NCBI GenBank assembly: GCA_051294375.1
Contig: CM119268.1
Span: 2,660,168 to 2,724,167 of the forward strand
Source: Paraspadella gotoi
Taxonomy: Eukaryota; Animalia; Chaetognatha
Direction of reading: 5' to 3'
DNA length: 64,000 bases
The translations under genes were made by a program, and so were the position numbers. Shown here piece after piece: positions 39,560-53,657 of this stretch (within the stretch, counting starts at the first letter, position 1; each line of letters opens with the position of its first letter). The notes under the pieces are model-generated. The model saw only the letters and a program-made list of their open reading frames with translations. It did not search any database and had not been told where the DNA came from.

Positions 39560-41887
39560 GAGGAGCAGAGAGTATTGGGGCATGATTGGCCTGGGAATTT
39601 TGTATTGTGGGTAGCGAAAGTGTGTTGATATGAACATGAAATCAAGTGTTTCGAATGGAATACGTTTGAGTGGAAATCGAGTTTAATGGAAAAAAACAAA
39701 AGAAACCTGTTTACTAATTGAATTATGCTTTCTTTTCCTCTTTATATAGAATGTATCTGCGCAGGACTGTATTAAGTAAGTCAGCATAATTAATCAGATA
39801 TTTAGACTTAAACATCATTAGTTAATAAATTTAAAGTCGAAGGTAATTAGAAATTAAATTAGTCGAAGGTCGTCAAATCATCGTGCCATGGTGACCGTCC
39901 CTCTTAAGCAAAAGCTCCAATAACTCGATGATTGGCTGGTTGATTGGAAATAAACTTTTGTGTGTGGTTACGAACAGTCGTGTGATAAAGGCTGGATATA
40001 AAAATTTCGAGGAATCGTGTGAGTGGAAATATAGTTTATGCGAAAAAATAAGTCGAATTTACTAAAATCTTTTTACTTATTTTAACCAATAAATACTTCC
40101 AATAATCATGATTGGATATGGATGAGATTGAGTTGAAAATTTGGTGTAGTGGGAGGAAAACGTATGACGAAAGCTTGATATACGTTTCAGTGGAAACGAT
40201 ACCAGTGAAATGAGTTTATAATGAAAAAAATATAATATGAATAAAAATGGCAATAATTAAGAAGTTTTTAGAAGGAAAAAAATTTAATGCTGCAATTTTG
40301 TTTCAAAAACAAACGATCAACCGGCAAAAGATCGGACAGATGGGACAGACGACACACAGAGAGACAGGAGAGACAGAGAGAGGAGAGAGAAAACAGAGAG
40401 GAGAGAAGAGGAGAGACAGGGCCGCTGCAAAGAGAAAAAGAGAAAGAGAAGAGAGCGAGTATATATAATAAAAGAGAGAGAGAGAGAGAGAAGGCTTACA
40501 GCCGCCTGTCACTCGTTAAAGAATTCAGGGCAGTACTTATGGGGCGCCGCACGTAGCGTGAGCTATTCTGCTGACCTAAAGGACGCGGGTTGCGCGCCCT
40601 GTTTCGCGGCTCGTGTTTTTGAGCATTAGTGAACGCCACATTATAATTCTAAAAAAATTTTTGTAAAAAAAAGGAGAGAGAGAGAGAGAGAGAGAGAGAA
40701 AAGAGAGGAGAGAGAAAGAAGCTGGACTAGACCGCTGCAGGAGCCGGAACTCGTTTTTTAGAAGAAGGCAGTGACGGAGAAAAAGAGAGAGAGAGAGAAG
40801 CGACATGGATAATTAAAAGCGTTTTTGTTTTGTGAATAAACAAAACAAATAAGCATATTGATATGAAACATTGAGATATTTTTAAAAGATATTGATGATT
40901 AGAGAGCATATATGAAAATTCAACTCCCTGGTGATTATCATGCACTAGTACAGGAAGCACATTGAGTTACAATAATGTAAGCAGACCGGAACAAGCTAAA
41001 CGAAAAGAAAGTCTAGACAGGACGGGCTTTGCCGGGCCGTGGCTCGATAATAGAGGATACTGTTGTTTGTTTAGATAAATGTAAAACAACAACATTTAAT
41101 AAATGTCGCTGACTTCAATTTTAAGGAGCTCGTGATGGAACAAGGCTGAATATAAATTATAATTAACTTATTAATTATTAATTAATTAATCTAATACATT
41201 AATTTAATGTAATCTATCTTTAATTAATTATTAATGCTATTAATTTAATTAAGTTATATTTAATCCAAATTAATGTAATTAATTATCGGTAGGAGGCAGA
41301 TTCCAGACATTTAGTTTGACTCAAAAACTTGTTTTTCGCTCTACTTGCTCCGCCAGGCAAAGATAAAATTCATAAAGATCTAGCTCCTCGACTAGAAATA
41401 TTATGAAGTTAATACGCGTTCTGCGGCGGAAAACGAAATTTATTTAATGAAGCGGAGTGGAACGAAGCAAAAAGGAGAGAAAAATAAATAAGATAAATAG
41501 AACATTGATATGATATATAATATAACTTGAATGGTTCGATTATCAAAATATCCGGATTGGGGAGGAGAAGAATATGATTGGTGGTTTATCGTTTTTGTGT
41601 GGGAGAGAGGGGGTATGGAAAAGTGGAGGACGCTGTAATCAGCTCTACTACTTGCTCTCTCTCTCTCTCTCTCTTCTCTCTCACTCTCTCTCATCCATCT
41701 CTCTCTCTCTCTCTCTCTCTATCTCTTTCATGTCGTCCCCCATAATCGATTTTTGATTCCGGCGTCGTTGCGCATTCGTAACGGAATGCGTTAGTAGTTG
41801 TCGGGTGCGCTTTGCGTCTCCGTCTCTCTCAAATTTCTCTTATCCAAGGCAAATTATCGCATTTGCAAATCAACATTTGAGAGACAG

Positions 41888-41935
<48 letters not shown>

Positions 41936-43920
41936 GAGAGAGATATGCATGAGGAGAGAGAGAGAAGACAGAGGAGAAAGTCGAAGAGAATAGTATAAGC
42001 TTTTGTGGGTCGCGTTGCACATTATTTCATAATTATACTTTTCGCCATAATGAATTTCTCCTAGGGTCTGCGCGTAGATGGACTCTATGATGCGGACGAC
42101 GAGCGATCTGATGATGGCTGCAGAATATCGTGAAATCGTCGAAGAGAGTCAGGGAAATGGAAAATCTATTTGGCATTTTTGTTTTAAACATTATTCTACA
42201 TCTTTTTGGTTTTCACCTTTATTCTAGGCGTGATGGATATAAACTTTCTGCTCTGATGAGTGTTCATCGTGTTTTTTAGCGTGGTAAACTCTGTGTTTGT
42301 TCACCAATATGTTTCATTATCGGTGTCACTAGTAGAAAAACAAACCCCGAAATGTCCCCGCGATTGTAAATTTTCTGTCCCGGATGTACGTTGCCGGTCT
42401 TTATCTCAATCACAGTTCCTTTTCCCATACGCGCAAGAAGATACAAGTAGTTCAGCGATGGACTCAAACGGACAATATGAGGGTGAACAACGGAAATTCA
42501 ACTTGGAAGAGAAGTAGGAAAGCGTAGAGGGCAAAGAAACGGCATGTTGTGGGTATGTTCCATCGACGAGAGTCATCGAAAAATTCCCTTCGAGTGGCCT
42601 GGCGGAGAGTGTCTGGCAGTGGCAAGGTGACTAAGGCGCATTTCACGATGGAAGGTACACTATTTCGCAACGTGCCGGAATCCTCCATTGTGTACTCTCT
42701 TAACAATGGTTCACACTCTTCACATCATTTTTACCTTCTTTTCACTGACTATGAGATTCTTTTGGGAGTCAAACGCGAAGTTTCTTTTCGCTCTTCTCAT
42801 GCAATACAGGCCGAGGAAGAGAAAAACAAGAATGGCGGCTCCTCTGGTCGGGAATCGTATGGGTCGGGTATGCAGGTGTCAGGGCTCCTTCTCTCTCTCA
42901 TAGTCATCTCGGTCTCTCCTAAGGGCGAACCGATACGAGTGCTCTCGCGATAGATCCTCATTCGAGTACCGCTCCGGATATCGATTTCGCTCGTCGTCTC
43001 CGGTCTCTCGTCTTACCGTCGGCGGTATGAGGACGATGGTAGCTACTGTCGCTGCTGCGAAGATTCTTGGACATGTCTGTTGGTGTGAGTTGCGAAAAGT
43101 GAACATCAAACTGTTGGACGAGAGAGGTAGGATGCGATAGCTGGTTGGAGCTGTAGGTAACGCGGCCGCGGCCGGTAGAGAGTCAGGAAATCAGCTTTCG
43201 TTGGACTCATCATCGGTCGTGAGTAGGTAGTAACGCGTGTGGCCGCCTTATCTACGTCCTCGGGACGGTTCCGTTCGTTGGCGCGCACTATGTTCGTATA
43301 AATCAGAGGCAAGAAAATCAGGACATGGAGATTCTCCTCGCTCTCTCTCATCTTCTCTCTCCGCGTCTCAACAGGCGCTTCATCGCTCGTCTCCGTCTTA
43401 AAAATTGCGTTGTCTAATTTGTTTGGCTTATTTCGTCCCGTGCGCACTTGTTTCTTATTCTCTCCTTTGAGAGTTTATAATACATTATAATATCTGTGCT
43501 TGCTCCTTGAGGTAATTTTCAGAAGAGGACTGAAATAACAGATATAATTACGCGCAAGTCTAAGGATGTAAATGAATAATGCAAAGCAATGAACTGCAAC
43601 AGAATGCAACGCGCTCGGACTCTCTCTCTCTCTCTCTCGTCTCTCTCTTCGATCTCTCTCTCTCATCTCTCCTCTCTTCCTCTCTGGTCATATGGTCTCT
43701 TCGTGCATCATCGGTCTTGTCTTTGCTCTTCTCTCTCTCTCTCTCGTCCTCTCACTCTCCACTCTCTCTCATCTCTGTACATTTCCACAATTCGTTACAA
43801 ATATCGTCTCGTTTCCGGCGAGAGTCCCTTTCTGTCGTGGGGGTGTATTCGCTCGTCCCAAATGGCATAGTGACAGCATCAGTATCACACTCCTCTTTCT
43901 TTCGGCGGCGACACTATCCC
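39560..43920 (-). repeat. Inverted copy (left arm) of about 45804-51100
   Basis: Anchors: attttaaggagctcgtgatg (41078-41140 region) vs catcacgagctccttaaaat (48111); cctctggtcgggaatcgt (42841) vs acgattcccgaccagagg (46553); tccggcgagagtccctttctgtcg (43814) vs 45915-45938; ggaattttgta (39594) vs tacaaaattcc (50931). Confidence 0.9.
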
Positions 43921-44106
43921 CCTGCCTCGCTTATCGAACGGTCATTCGGTCATCCGCGGGCTTCTGTCTGTTTTCCTCCTTTCGTTTCACTCCTTTCTCG
44001 GCCTTCCTTTACATCGTCCGTTCTCACTCCCCGGTTCCTCTTTTCTCACCGTTTATTTTGCCTCTTCCCCTTTCTGCTCTGCTCTCTCGCTCTCTCTCGG
44101 TCTCTC

Positions 44107-44145
<39 letters not shown>

Positions 44146-44606
44146 TCTCCCTCCCTCAGTCCTCCTGCGCACAAAGTCATAAACTCTCATTTTGTCAAAC
44201 GAGCATCATCACAAATCCCTGCCTCCTCTCTTCTCTCCCTCTTCTTCATTCTCGCTCCCCCCCCTGCCGCCTCCCCACGCACTGTGGCTGGAGGGGTGAG
44301 AGAGGACGCCGGCTCAGTGCCATTTTCGTTTCCTATTTATATCATTCACACTTTTTTTTCTTTCGCTTATTTCGCTTTTTTTATCATCTCGTTCCTCACT
44401 CTCTCTCTCTGGTCTCTCTCTGCATCTCTCGTCTCTGTCCGTCTCTCTCTCCTGTCGTCCCTGCTCTCTCTGACTCTCTCTCTCTCGTCTCACTCTTTCG
44501 GCATTGGATTACCATGGCCAGAGCGAAGGCCACACGCGCGCCACAAGTCGTTTTTTGGCGTGCGGAATCGTCGGTGATGGATGACGGACATCGTTCGGTG
44601 TGATTG

Positions 44607-44651
<45 letters not shown>

Positions 44652-45220
44652 ATTCTTGGCATCGGTTGTTACTAGGGAGAAATTTAATTCTCTCGTTTCT
44701 TTCATCCAATTCTCTCTCTCTCTCTCCTCTGCTTCGATCGCTGTCTCTCTCATCGACGGTCAGTTTCTGTCTCTCTCTCTCTCTCTCCTCTCTCGTCTCT
44801 CTCTCTTTTCTCTCTCTTAATGCGCCGTACGTTACATGTCTCTCTCTGCTGCTGCGGTCTCTGAAATTCTTTTTTAGTTTTCTCCTCTCACCCCCGTAGT
44901 CCTTCCATTCGCAGCTTCACGTCCAGTCATCATCGGTCATGCGAATATCATTATCATATCATCATCAACATCATCATAATACAATATCATCATCATCATC
45001 ATCGCATCATCATCGATGCATCATCAAATCAGCATCATGCATCACGTCCACAGATCTGCTAACATGATCATGCATCATCAAAAATCATCATCATCATCAT
45101 CATCAACTCATGCTCGATCATTCATCAATACATGCNNNNNNNNNNNNNNNNNNNNNNNNNACAACGCTCTTACTCTCTCTCTCTCTTGCTTCTCTCTTCT
45201 CTCTCTCTCTCTCTATGGCT

Positions 45221-45256
<36 letters not shown>

Positions 45257-45995
45257 CTCTCTCACTCTCTCTCTCTCTCTCTGTAATCATTTCACAATTC
45301 GTTCAAATATCTTCTCGGTTCCGGCGAGAGTCCCTTTCTGTCGTTTTGTGTATTCTTCTCCCAATGCATAGTGACACAGTATCCACTCTCTTTTTCTTTC
45401 CGCACACTATCCTCTTCCCTTTCTAACTCATCTCTCCCTTCTTCTTTCCCTCCTTGCATTCTGTTGCATTTCATTGCTTTGCATTATTCATTTACATCCT
45501 TAGTTTGGTTAATATATCTTTATTTAGTTTTTCTAAGCAAATTACAAAACTGGAAGAAAGGACAGTATATGAAGATGTAAATCCAAAAAAGAAAAAATAA
45601 AGAAAAAGTATGAGACGGGACAAAGAAGCAAGACCAAATAAGACAAAGAAATAAAGAGAGAGAGCGAGAGAGTGAAGGAGAGAGAGAGAGAGAGCAGGAG
45701 AATCTCCAGCTGATTTTCTTGCTCTGATTTATGACGAAATGTGGGCAGAGAAGCGAAGGCGTAGGAAAGGAGTAATGACTTTTCGCAACGCACACACAGA
45801 CAGAGGAGGGAAAGAAGAAGGGAGAGATGAGTTAGAAAGGGAAGAGGATAGTGTGCGGAAAGAAAAAGAGAGTGGATACTGTGTCACTATGCATTGGGAG
45901 AAGAATACACAAAACGACAGAAAGGGACTCTCGCCGGAACCGAGAAGATATTTGAACGAATTGTGAAATGATTACAGAGAGAGAGAGATGAGAGT

Positions 45996-46062
<67 letters not shown>

Positions 46063-46506
46063 GAAGAGAGAGAGAGAGTAAGAGCGTTGTATTCTGTTGC
46101 ATTCATTGCTTTGCATTATTATTTACATCCTTAGTTTGATTAATATTAATCTTTATTAGTATTTACTAAGCAAAATTACACAAACTGGAAGAAGGACAGT
46201 ATATGAAGATGTAAATCCAAAAAAGAAAAATAAAGAAAAAGTATGAGACGGGACAAAGAAGCAGACCAAATAAGACAAAGAAATAAAGAGAGAGAGCGAG
46301 AGAGTGAGGAGAGAGGAGAGAGAGGAGAGCAGGAGATCTCCAGCCTGATTTCTTGCTCTGATTTTTGACGAAATTGGGCATGAAGCGAAGGCGTAGGAAA
46401 GGAGTAATGACTTTTCGCAATCGCACACACAGACAGAGAGAGAGAGAGAAGAGAGAGAGGAGAGAGTAGATGAGAGAGAGANNNNNNNNNNNNNNNNNNN
46501 NNNNNN

Positions 46507-46541
<35 letters not shown>

Positions 46542-49500
46542 ACCTGCATCGAACGATTCCCGACCAGAGGAGGCATCGCTGTTTTCTCTTTCGCTTTTGA
46601 TGAGAAGAGGAAAAAACTCAAAAGAATCTCAAGTCGTGAAAAGAAGTGAAAAGATGTGAAGAGTGTGAAAGTGTTAAAGAAGTGAAAATGGAGGATTCCG
46701 CCGTTGCTGAGCTTCAGTGAATGGTGAGTTCCTCACTGCAGATTCAGCATCGAAGGAATTTTCGTCGTCGATGGAACCAAATGTCGTTTCTTGCTCTCGC
46801 TTCTCTTCTCTTCCAAGTTGTTGTTGTTGTTGTCGTTATGAGTCATCGCTAATACTGATTGCGCGATGGGAAAAGGAATGTGATTGAATGAAGAGGCAAC
46901 GACATCCGGGACAAAAATTAAATGCGGGGAATTCGGGGTTTGTTTTTACTAGTGAACGATAATGAAAATATTGGTGAACAAAACAGAGTTACCCATGCAA
47001 AAAACACATGAACACTCATCAGAGAGAAAGTTAATCCTATCACGTTAGAAAAGGTGAAAACCAAAAGAATGATTAGAATAATTTTAAAACAAAATGCCAG
47101 AAAGATTTTCCATTTCATGACTCGTCTTCGACATTGTCAGATATTCTGCAGCCATCATCAGATCGCTCGTGTCGCACCAAGCGTCCATCTAGCGAGACCC
47201 AGGAGAATTTCTTATCGCGAAAAGATAATTATGAAAATGGCAACGCGACACAAAAGCTTTATATTCTCTCCTACTTCTCTCTCTCGTCTCTCTCTCTCTC
47301 TACTACTCTCTCGTCTCTCTCTCTCATCTCTTCTCTCTCTCTCTCATCTCCTCTCTCTCTCCTGTCTCTCAAAGATGTTATTTGCAATATGCGAAATTTT
47401 GCACTTGGTGATAAAGAAATTTGAGAGAGACGGAGACGAAAGGGACGACACTACTTAACGCTTCCGACGAATGCGGAGAGCGGAATCAAAAATCGATTAT
47501 GGGGGACAGAGAAAGGAAAAAGAGAAGAGTGAAGAGAGAGTAAGAGAGAGAGAGAGAGAGGAGAGATGATGAGAGAAGAGAGAGAGAGAGAGAGAGATGA
47601 GAGAGAGCAGAGAGAGAGAGTAGAGCTGATTCAGCAGTATGCCTTCACTTTTTCCCATACCCCCTCCTCCCACACAAAAACGTAAACCCAATCATATTTT
47701 CTCCTCCCCACCCGGATATTTTTGATAACGAATCCAAAATTCAAGTTATATTATATATAATATAATGTTTATTTGATCTTATTTATTCTTTCTCTCCTTT
47801 TTGTCGTTCCACTCGATCATAAATTAAATTTCGTTTTTCCCCTCAGGAAGTATTACTCATAATATTTCATGTCGAAGGAGCAGATTTTATGTAATTTATC
47901 TTTGCCTGGCGGTAGATAGTGATGATGTGAAAAACAAGTTTTTGACAAACTAAATTGTCGGATCTGTCCTACGATAATTATATTAATTAATTTGGATTAA
48001 ATATAATTAATTAAATTAATAGATAAATAATTAATTAAAGATAATTACATTAAATTAATAGATTAATTAATTAATTAATAGATTAATTAAATAATTTATA
48101 TTCAGCTTGTCATCACGAGCTCCTTAAAATTGAGTCAGGACATTTATTAAATGTTTTGTTTTACATTTATCAAAAACAAACAAATATCCTCTATTATCGA
48201 GCCAGCGGCAAAGCCCGTCCTGTCTAGATTTTTTTCGTTTTAGCTTTCGGTCTCTTACCATTAATTGTAATAATTGTTGCTTGATGTCACTTATATGATA
48301 ATGATTGTGTGTGATATATTCACTCAGAGATGGAATAATCCTTTCTCTCTCTATATAGCTATCTTCATTCGTTCAATGATCTGTTAGAATTTGCATATAC
48401 TTTGTCTCATTATCAATTCTTTCGCATCTTGGTTCTCTCTCTCTCTATGTCTCCTACTCTACTCATCAATACTCTCATACTCGCTTATTTTTTTATGCAC
48501 AAATCATTACTCGTTCTCAATCTACATCATCTGAATTGGTCTCTCTGCTAGTGTAGACTTTCGTCACCGTGTGAGCTGTCCTTCGTGAAACAAATAGTGC
48601 CGTTCCCTCGGCTCTCTATGATATAATATTGTTAAATTCCTCTCTATCTTTTAAATATATATATCAATTACAGAAATGGAATATATAAAATTTATTAATT
48701 TTATTAACTCTCTGTCTAACCTCTCTCCTACAAACTCAAAATATACTATCTCATTTAAACTCATCATTTTTTTATCCTTTTCTTTTCAAATCCAACTCTT
48801 CTTCTTACCAGAAATCTGCTGTCTCTGTTATATCTCTCTTTAACTCAAATAAATATGTTTCATAAACAACTATCATGCTGGTCTGTTCCTACTATTAAAA
48901 TTAATAAACTCCGAATGCCTAGACGAATCCAGAGGTGCCAAGCTCCTCAACCTCTAATCCTGTCTAGGTAGATGTAATTTACATCGTCTGCTTACAGCGG
49001 TGCAGCTGATAGAACTCATAGACTATATTCTATGTTAATCGTGAGTATAAGGAGACTGTTAGAGACTATCTATCGTACTTCTTCCATTCTTTCTTGATTT
49101 TTAATTTTTTTTTATTATATTATCGCTCTTTCTCACTAATTATGCGTTCTATTTTAAGTATTTCCTTGAACCTTAATAATTTTTTACAAACATAGATATG
49201 AATGGTTTTGAAAGGACAACATTTAACATGGATGAAAATGGTCTATATATTATAATTTATAGGAAAAATATAATTTGTATCATTTCTAATTTTTAAATTT
49301 ATCTTTATATTTAGCCATATCGTAACTCCAAATATTATTTGCATTTATTTTTTTCATTATTATGAAATAAAACCATAATGTTTCATATAATTTTTTTAGA
49401 GAGATAGAGAACTCTTCAATCACGTATATGTTTTTTATTTGGTTGCTTATATTTACGCCACCTCTGCTATACTTTCTCATCGGTTGTCTAACTAACAATG

Positions 49501-52053
49501 TCCACAGCTTCATGCTCTCCAGCTCTATATTTAATGGGTATTTACAAGGTTCAAGTTGATCTGTATAGAGAGACATGGAAGTAATCAAATGGTAAGTTAG
49601 TAAGTCCACTTTTCACTCGTGTTTGCGTGTATGTTGGTTGTTGCTGCTTGCACAATCCCCCCCATAGCTTTGACCGCGATGGGGGAGAAAGCTTTGAGAT
49701 GAGTCATTATACTTATTGCATTCGTTCATTTCGTTGTTCTTCCTCTTTCTCCTCGGTGCGACTGAAGCCACATTCAAGTGTGAGTAATCGTTTCAACAAG
49801 TGGCCGTACGAATTGACAGAAACTTCTTTATTCTGAGCTATAATCAAAAGAAATTGTGAACGCAATCTCTCTCTGATATTTTCAAAATCATTTTAGGTTG
49901 GCTCACACAAAAAATACAAAGAATAAATCTAAAATTACTATATATAAGGGTATTTGAAAAGAATTTTTGTTTAACTAGTCATTCTACTTGTCTCCTGTGC
50001 GTTTGAATGTAGAAGCAAGGACCTATCTCTCGATCGCTGTCGACACTGGAGTTCTGATTTGCGTGATGTTTGGTTTTTTTGGAAAAGAGTGTATTTCCTG
50101 AAGATACCTATAGTTATTTTTGCGTTCTCATCTTAATTAATAACATTTTATAATAATATCTAGGCTATGTTTTCAATTTTCATAATATATTTTTATTTAC
50201 ACACTCTTTTTCACGGTGACGAGCTATGCACTGCTAACATATGTAAATCTAGAAGATTCGGGTCATAGGGTTTTCCTAGTCCACACAGTCCAACTAAGAA
50301 TAATTTCACATCATTCAAGTCATAATCCACTCACAAAATTTCATGATTACTCTGGCAGTTATGGTTTACAAATATATATCATTATGTATACTCTAAAGAA
50401 TAAAATATCCAGACGTCTATTGTCTTGTCATTTACGAGACTATATTATCCACTCCTCTCAGCAACAATTACTTCATCAGGATTTATAGTATCCCTCGAGA
50501 CTTATCACTACACCTATGCTCTACAAGCCACATCTCACGAAAATATCTAAGTGAGTCCCAAGTCCAATACCAGTCCATCACGAGTCTCACTAATCGGAGC
50601 TTTAATTTGGCATAAGATTGTGGACGTGATGACTGATTGACTATTGTTTTATCCTACTTAATATATTTGTGATTTAATATATTGACATAAATTAATTACA
50701 ATAATTAACCAAGATATTTATTGTTTTTGATTATTTAATTACTTATTCATTTGTCAGAATCTATTTATTAATAGTAGATAAAAATCTTGATTTATATAGA
50801 AGCATAATCATTAGTAAAACAAGTTTTCTAGATATAATTTTTCCATTTAAAGTATTACACATCTCCCTCATTAACTATTAATTCATCTGAAACTTGATTT
50901 CCTGTCAATCACACACTTTCCGACCCACATTACAAAATTCCAGGCAATTGCTAAGCCCATCCAATGCTCAATTGTAAGCCTAAATATATATATTGTATCT
51001 CCGAAACAAAACTCAAAATCTACTTTAATAGTGAATATATTTGTTTTTCCATTTAAAACTCATTCCACTCGACGGATCCATCAAACTTAATATCAGCTCA
51101 ATGCATACACTACAATTTAACTCATTAATCTACCCATCTACCGCAATAAATTAATTTATGTTGTCAATAAAATTACCCCACTCCAAATCTCAAATTTCTT
51201 GCTCCTTCAAAAGGTCTCCACTCTATATGTTGGAATGCGCCAATCCATTCCACGATCACCAATGCGAAGTTAATGGGGTTTAAGCTAATAAGGTGGAGGA
51301 ACGGAAAACGGGTACGGCCTCGGAACCGAACAGCATCCGACGGACGGGCCTACGACGGACCCGACCTAGAAGATGAGATGAACGGACAAGGACGACATTT
51401 GATCAACTCATATTATTTCGCATCTTAATGCTAATTTCATAATCGATGTCTTCTGACAGAGATGAGTACCTGCCTCTGACCCAATATTCAAGGGAGGGCG
51501 GACCGACGACCGATATACAAGAAGAGTACTACAATTCAAAATAGTTTGGACGTTTCAATAATAAAAAGAAGGTCGGGATCTGCTGTAAGCAGATCCGACT
51601 AAAAAAAGAGAAGAGAGAAGATGATAAGACGGGAATTGAGAGCAACGAGCAAGAGGATCTGAAGTGTAAACGAAGTATAAGAGACGAGAGAGAGAGAGAG
51701 AGGATGAGAGAGAAGAGGAGAGGAGAGAGAAACAGATACAGAAAACAGAGACAGAACTCGCTAGACGGCCCATGGCGCCGATGCAAATGTTCGCTCGTTA
51801 GGACATTGGGAGAAATCGGTCACACGTTCGAGACGGGGATGGATGAGGGACAAAAAAGAAGACGACAACGACAACGACGACGACGACGACGCCGACGCCG
51901 ACGACGACGACGACAACGACGACGGGATCCGAGACAAGGTCGTCTCCTCTGAAAAAAAGGTGAGGAAGAAAAGTGGAACGAAATCGAGGAAAAAGGATCC
52001 ATAAAGGGTGAGGCTTTTGTGAATCACTTTTGTGAGACTCTCTTTGTGAAATC

Positions 52054-52054
52054 A

Positions 52055-52146
<92 letters not shown>

Positions 52147-52148
52147 AA
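52054..52148. repeat. (AAAG)n microsatellite, about 23 copies
   Basis: Perfect run. Confidence 0.97.
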
Positions 52149-52386
52149 TGACAAGAAAGAAGAAAAGTGTGACTCAGTTTCTTTTTGTAGCAGCGTTCGG
52201 CGATGCGTTGGAAGATTCGTTCTTCGACTCGTTCAGCGAAGCATTCATTCGAGCATTCATTCGTATTCATTCGAGCATTCATTCGCATTCATTAGAGGAT
52301 TCCATCGCATTCATGAAAGTCTCAAAAGAGAAGTAGTCGTTTCATTACCTCAATTATTAGGGTCTTTTGGGGCGCCATCTTTGTTT

Positions 52387-52388
52387 TT

Positions 52389-52468
<80 letters not shown>

Positions 52469-52470
52469 TC
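52387..52470. repeat. (TTTC)n microsatellite, about 21 copies
   Basis: Perfect run, opposite orientation to 52054-52148. Confidence 0.97.
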
Positions 52471-52804
52471 CTGACTTATTCCATTATGTTGTTCATGTTT
52501 TCTTCACATAAAATTAAGTTGTGAATTTCCCATTTATTCTCACCTTTTCTCAATCTAATTTTCTATCCACATTTTATCATGTTTTGCTTGATGTATGTTT
52601 ATTCTTATTTTCTCCTTTCTCTTTCCTTCCTTCCCCCCTTCCTCCCTCCTTCCTCCCTCTTTTCTCCCTTCCTCCCTCTTTCCTCCTCCCTTTCTCCCTT
52701 CTAATTCCTCGCCTTTTCCTCCTGTCGGTTCAACCATAGCACAAGCAGTTTCTTGGCTGAGTTTGAAGTCACGAAGAAGAGAAGACTCTTTTCGCCATCT
52801 CTCT

Positions 52805-52859
<55 letters not shown>

Positions 52860-52928
52860 CCTCTCTCTCTCTCTCTCTCTCTCTCTTCTTCTCTCTCTGT
52901 CTTTCTCAATTTTTTTTTAAAACGACGT

Positions 52929-52959
<31 letters not shown>

Positions 52960-53204
52960 CCTCATTTTCCAAGCCTTGTAACTCACTCAGAACGGGTTTT
53001 GGGAGGAAAGCAAAAGAACTATATTACATCCGGAATTCTGGAAGTCGACAATTACTTTCAACATCCGGGGATTTGATTGCAAATTTTCTAGCCATTTGAG
53101 CGGTTGTTCTTGTGAGATAAAATTAATTTCTGAAATAATACTAAGAGCGACTCATAGAACTCATAGATTTTCAAAAAAATTCTTTCTTTCTTTCTTTCTC
53201 TTTT

Positions 53205-53272
<68 letters not shown>

Positions 53273-53379
53273 TTTTTCACTCTTTCTTTCTTGGTGTCAC
53301 TCCTTTGTATTTCATTCATTCTCAAGGTGGAGTCACGCGACCAAAGGAAATTTGTCTTCCGCCTTCAATTTCCGTTTTT

Positions 53380-53626
53380 GACACATTTCGGCGCCATTTT
53401 TGAATTTGGGGATTTTCTCACTGGATTTAGATTTTTTGTGAAAAGATAATCTCAATTTAATCCTTCCTTAATTTCCTTATTTTTATTTATTAATATTCAG
53501 GTTTTGCTTGTTTGTATTTTAAAATCCGTTCGTATATTCGTTTTCGAGTACAAAATCGCCAAACACATTAGGATCAACTGCTATCCCACAATCATGGCCA
53601 AACCCTATCGGGCAAAGGTCATTCCC

Positions 53627-53657
<31 letters not shown>

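Noticed and set aside
43579-44603. Two ORFs over 300 aa
   Set aside because: CT-rich noisy sequence depleted of stop codons, partly a reverse copy of 45804-46120.
51765-51959. Plus-strand HGADANVR ankyrin-like peptide ending at AAG|GTGAGG
   Set aside because: No TPLH follows, the upstream flank is purine-rich, and the frame runs into a (GAC)n tract.
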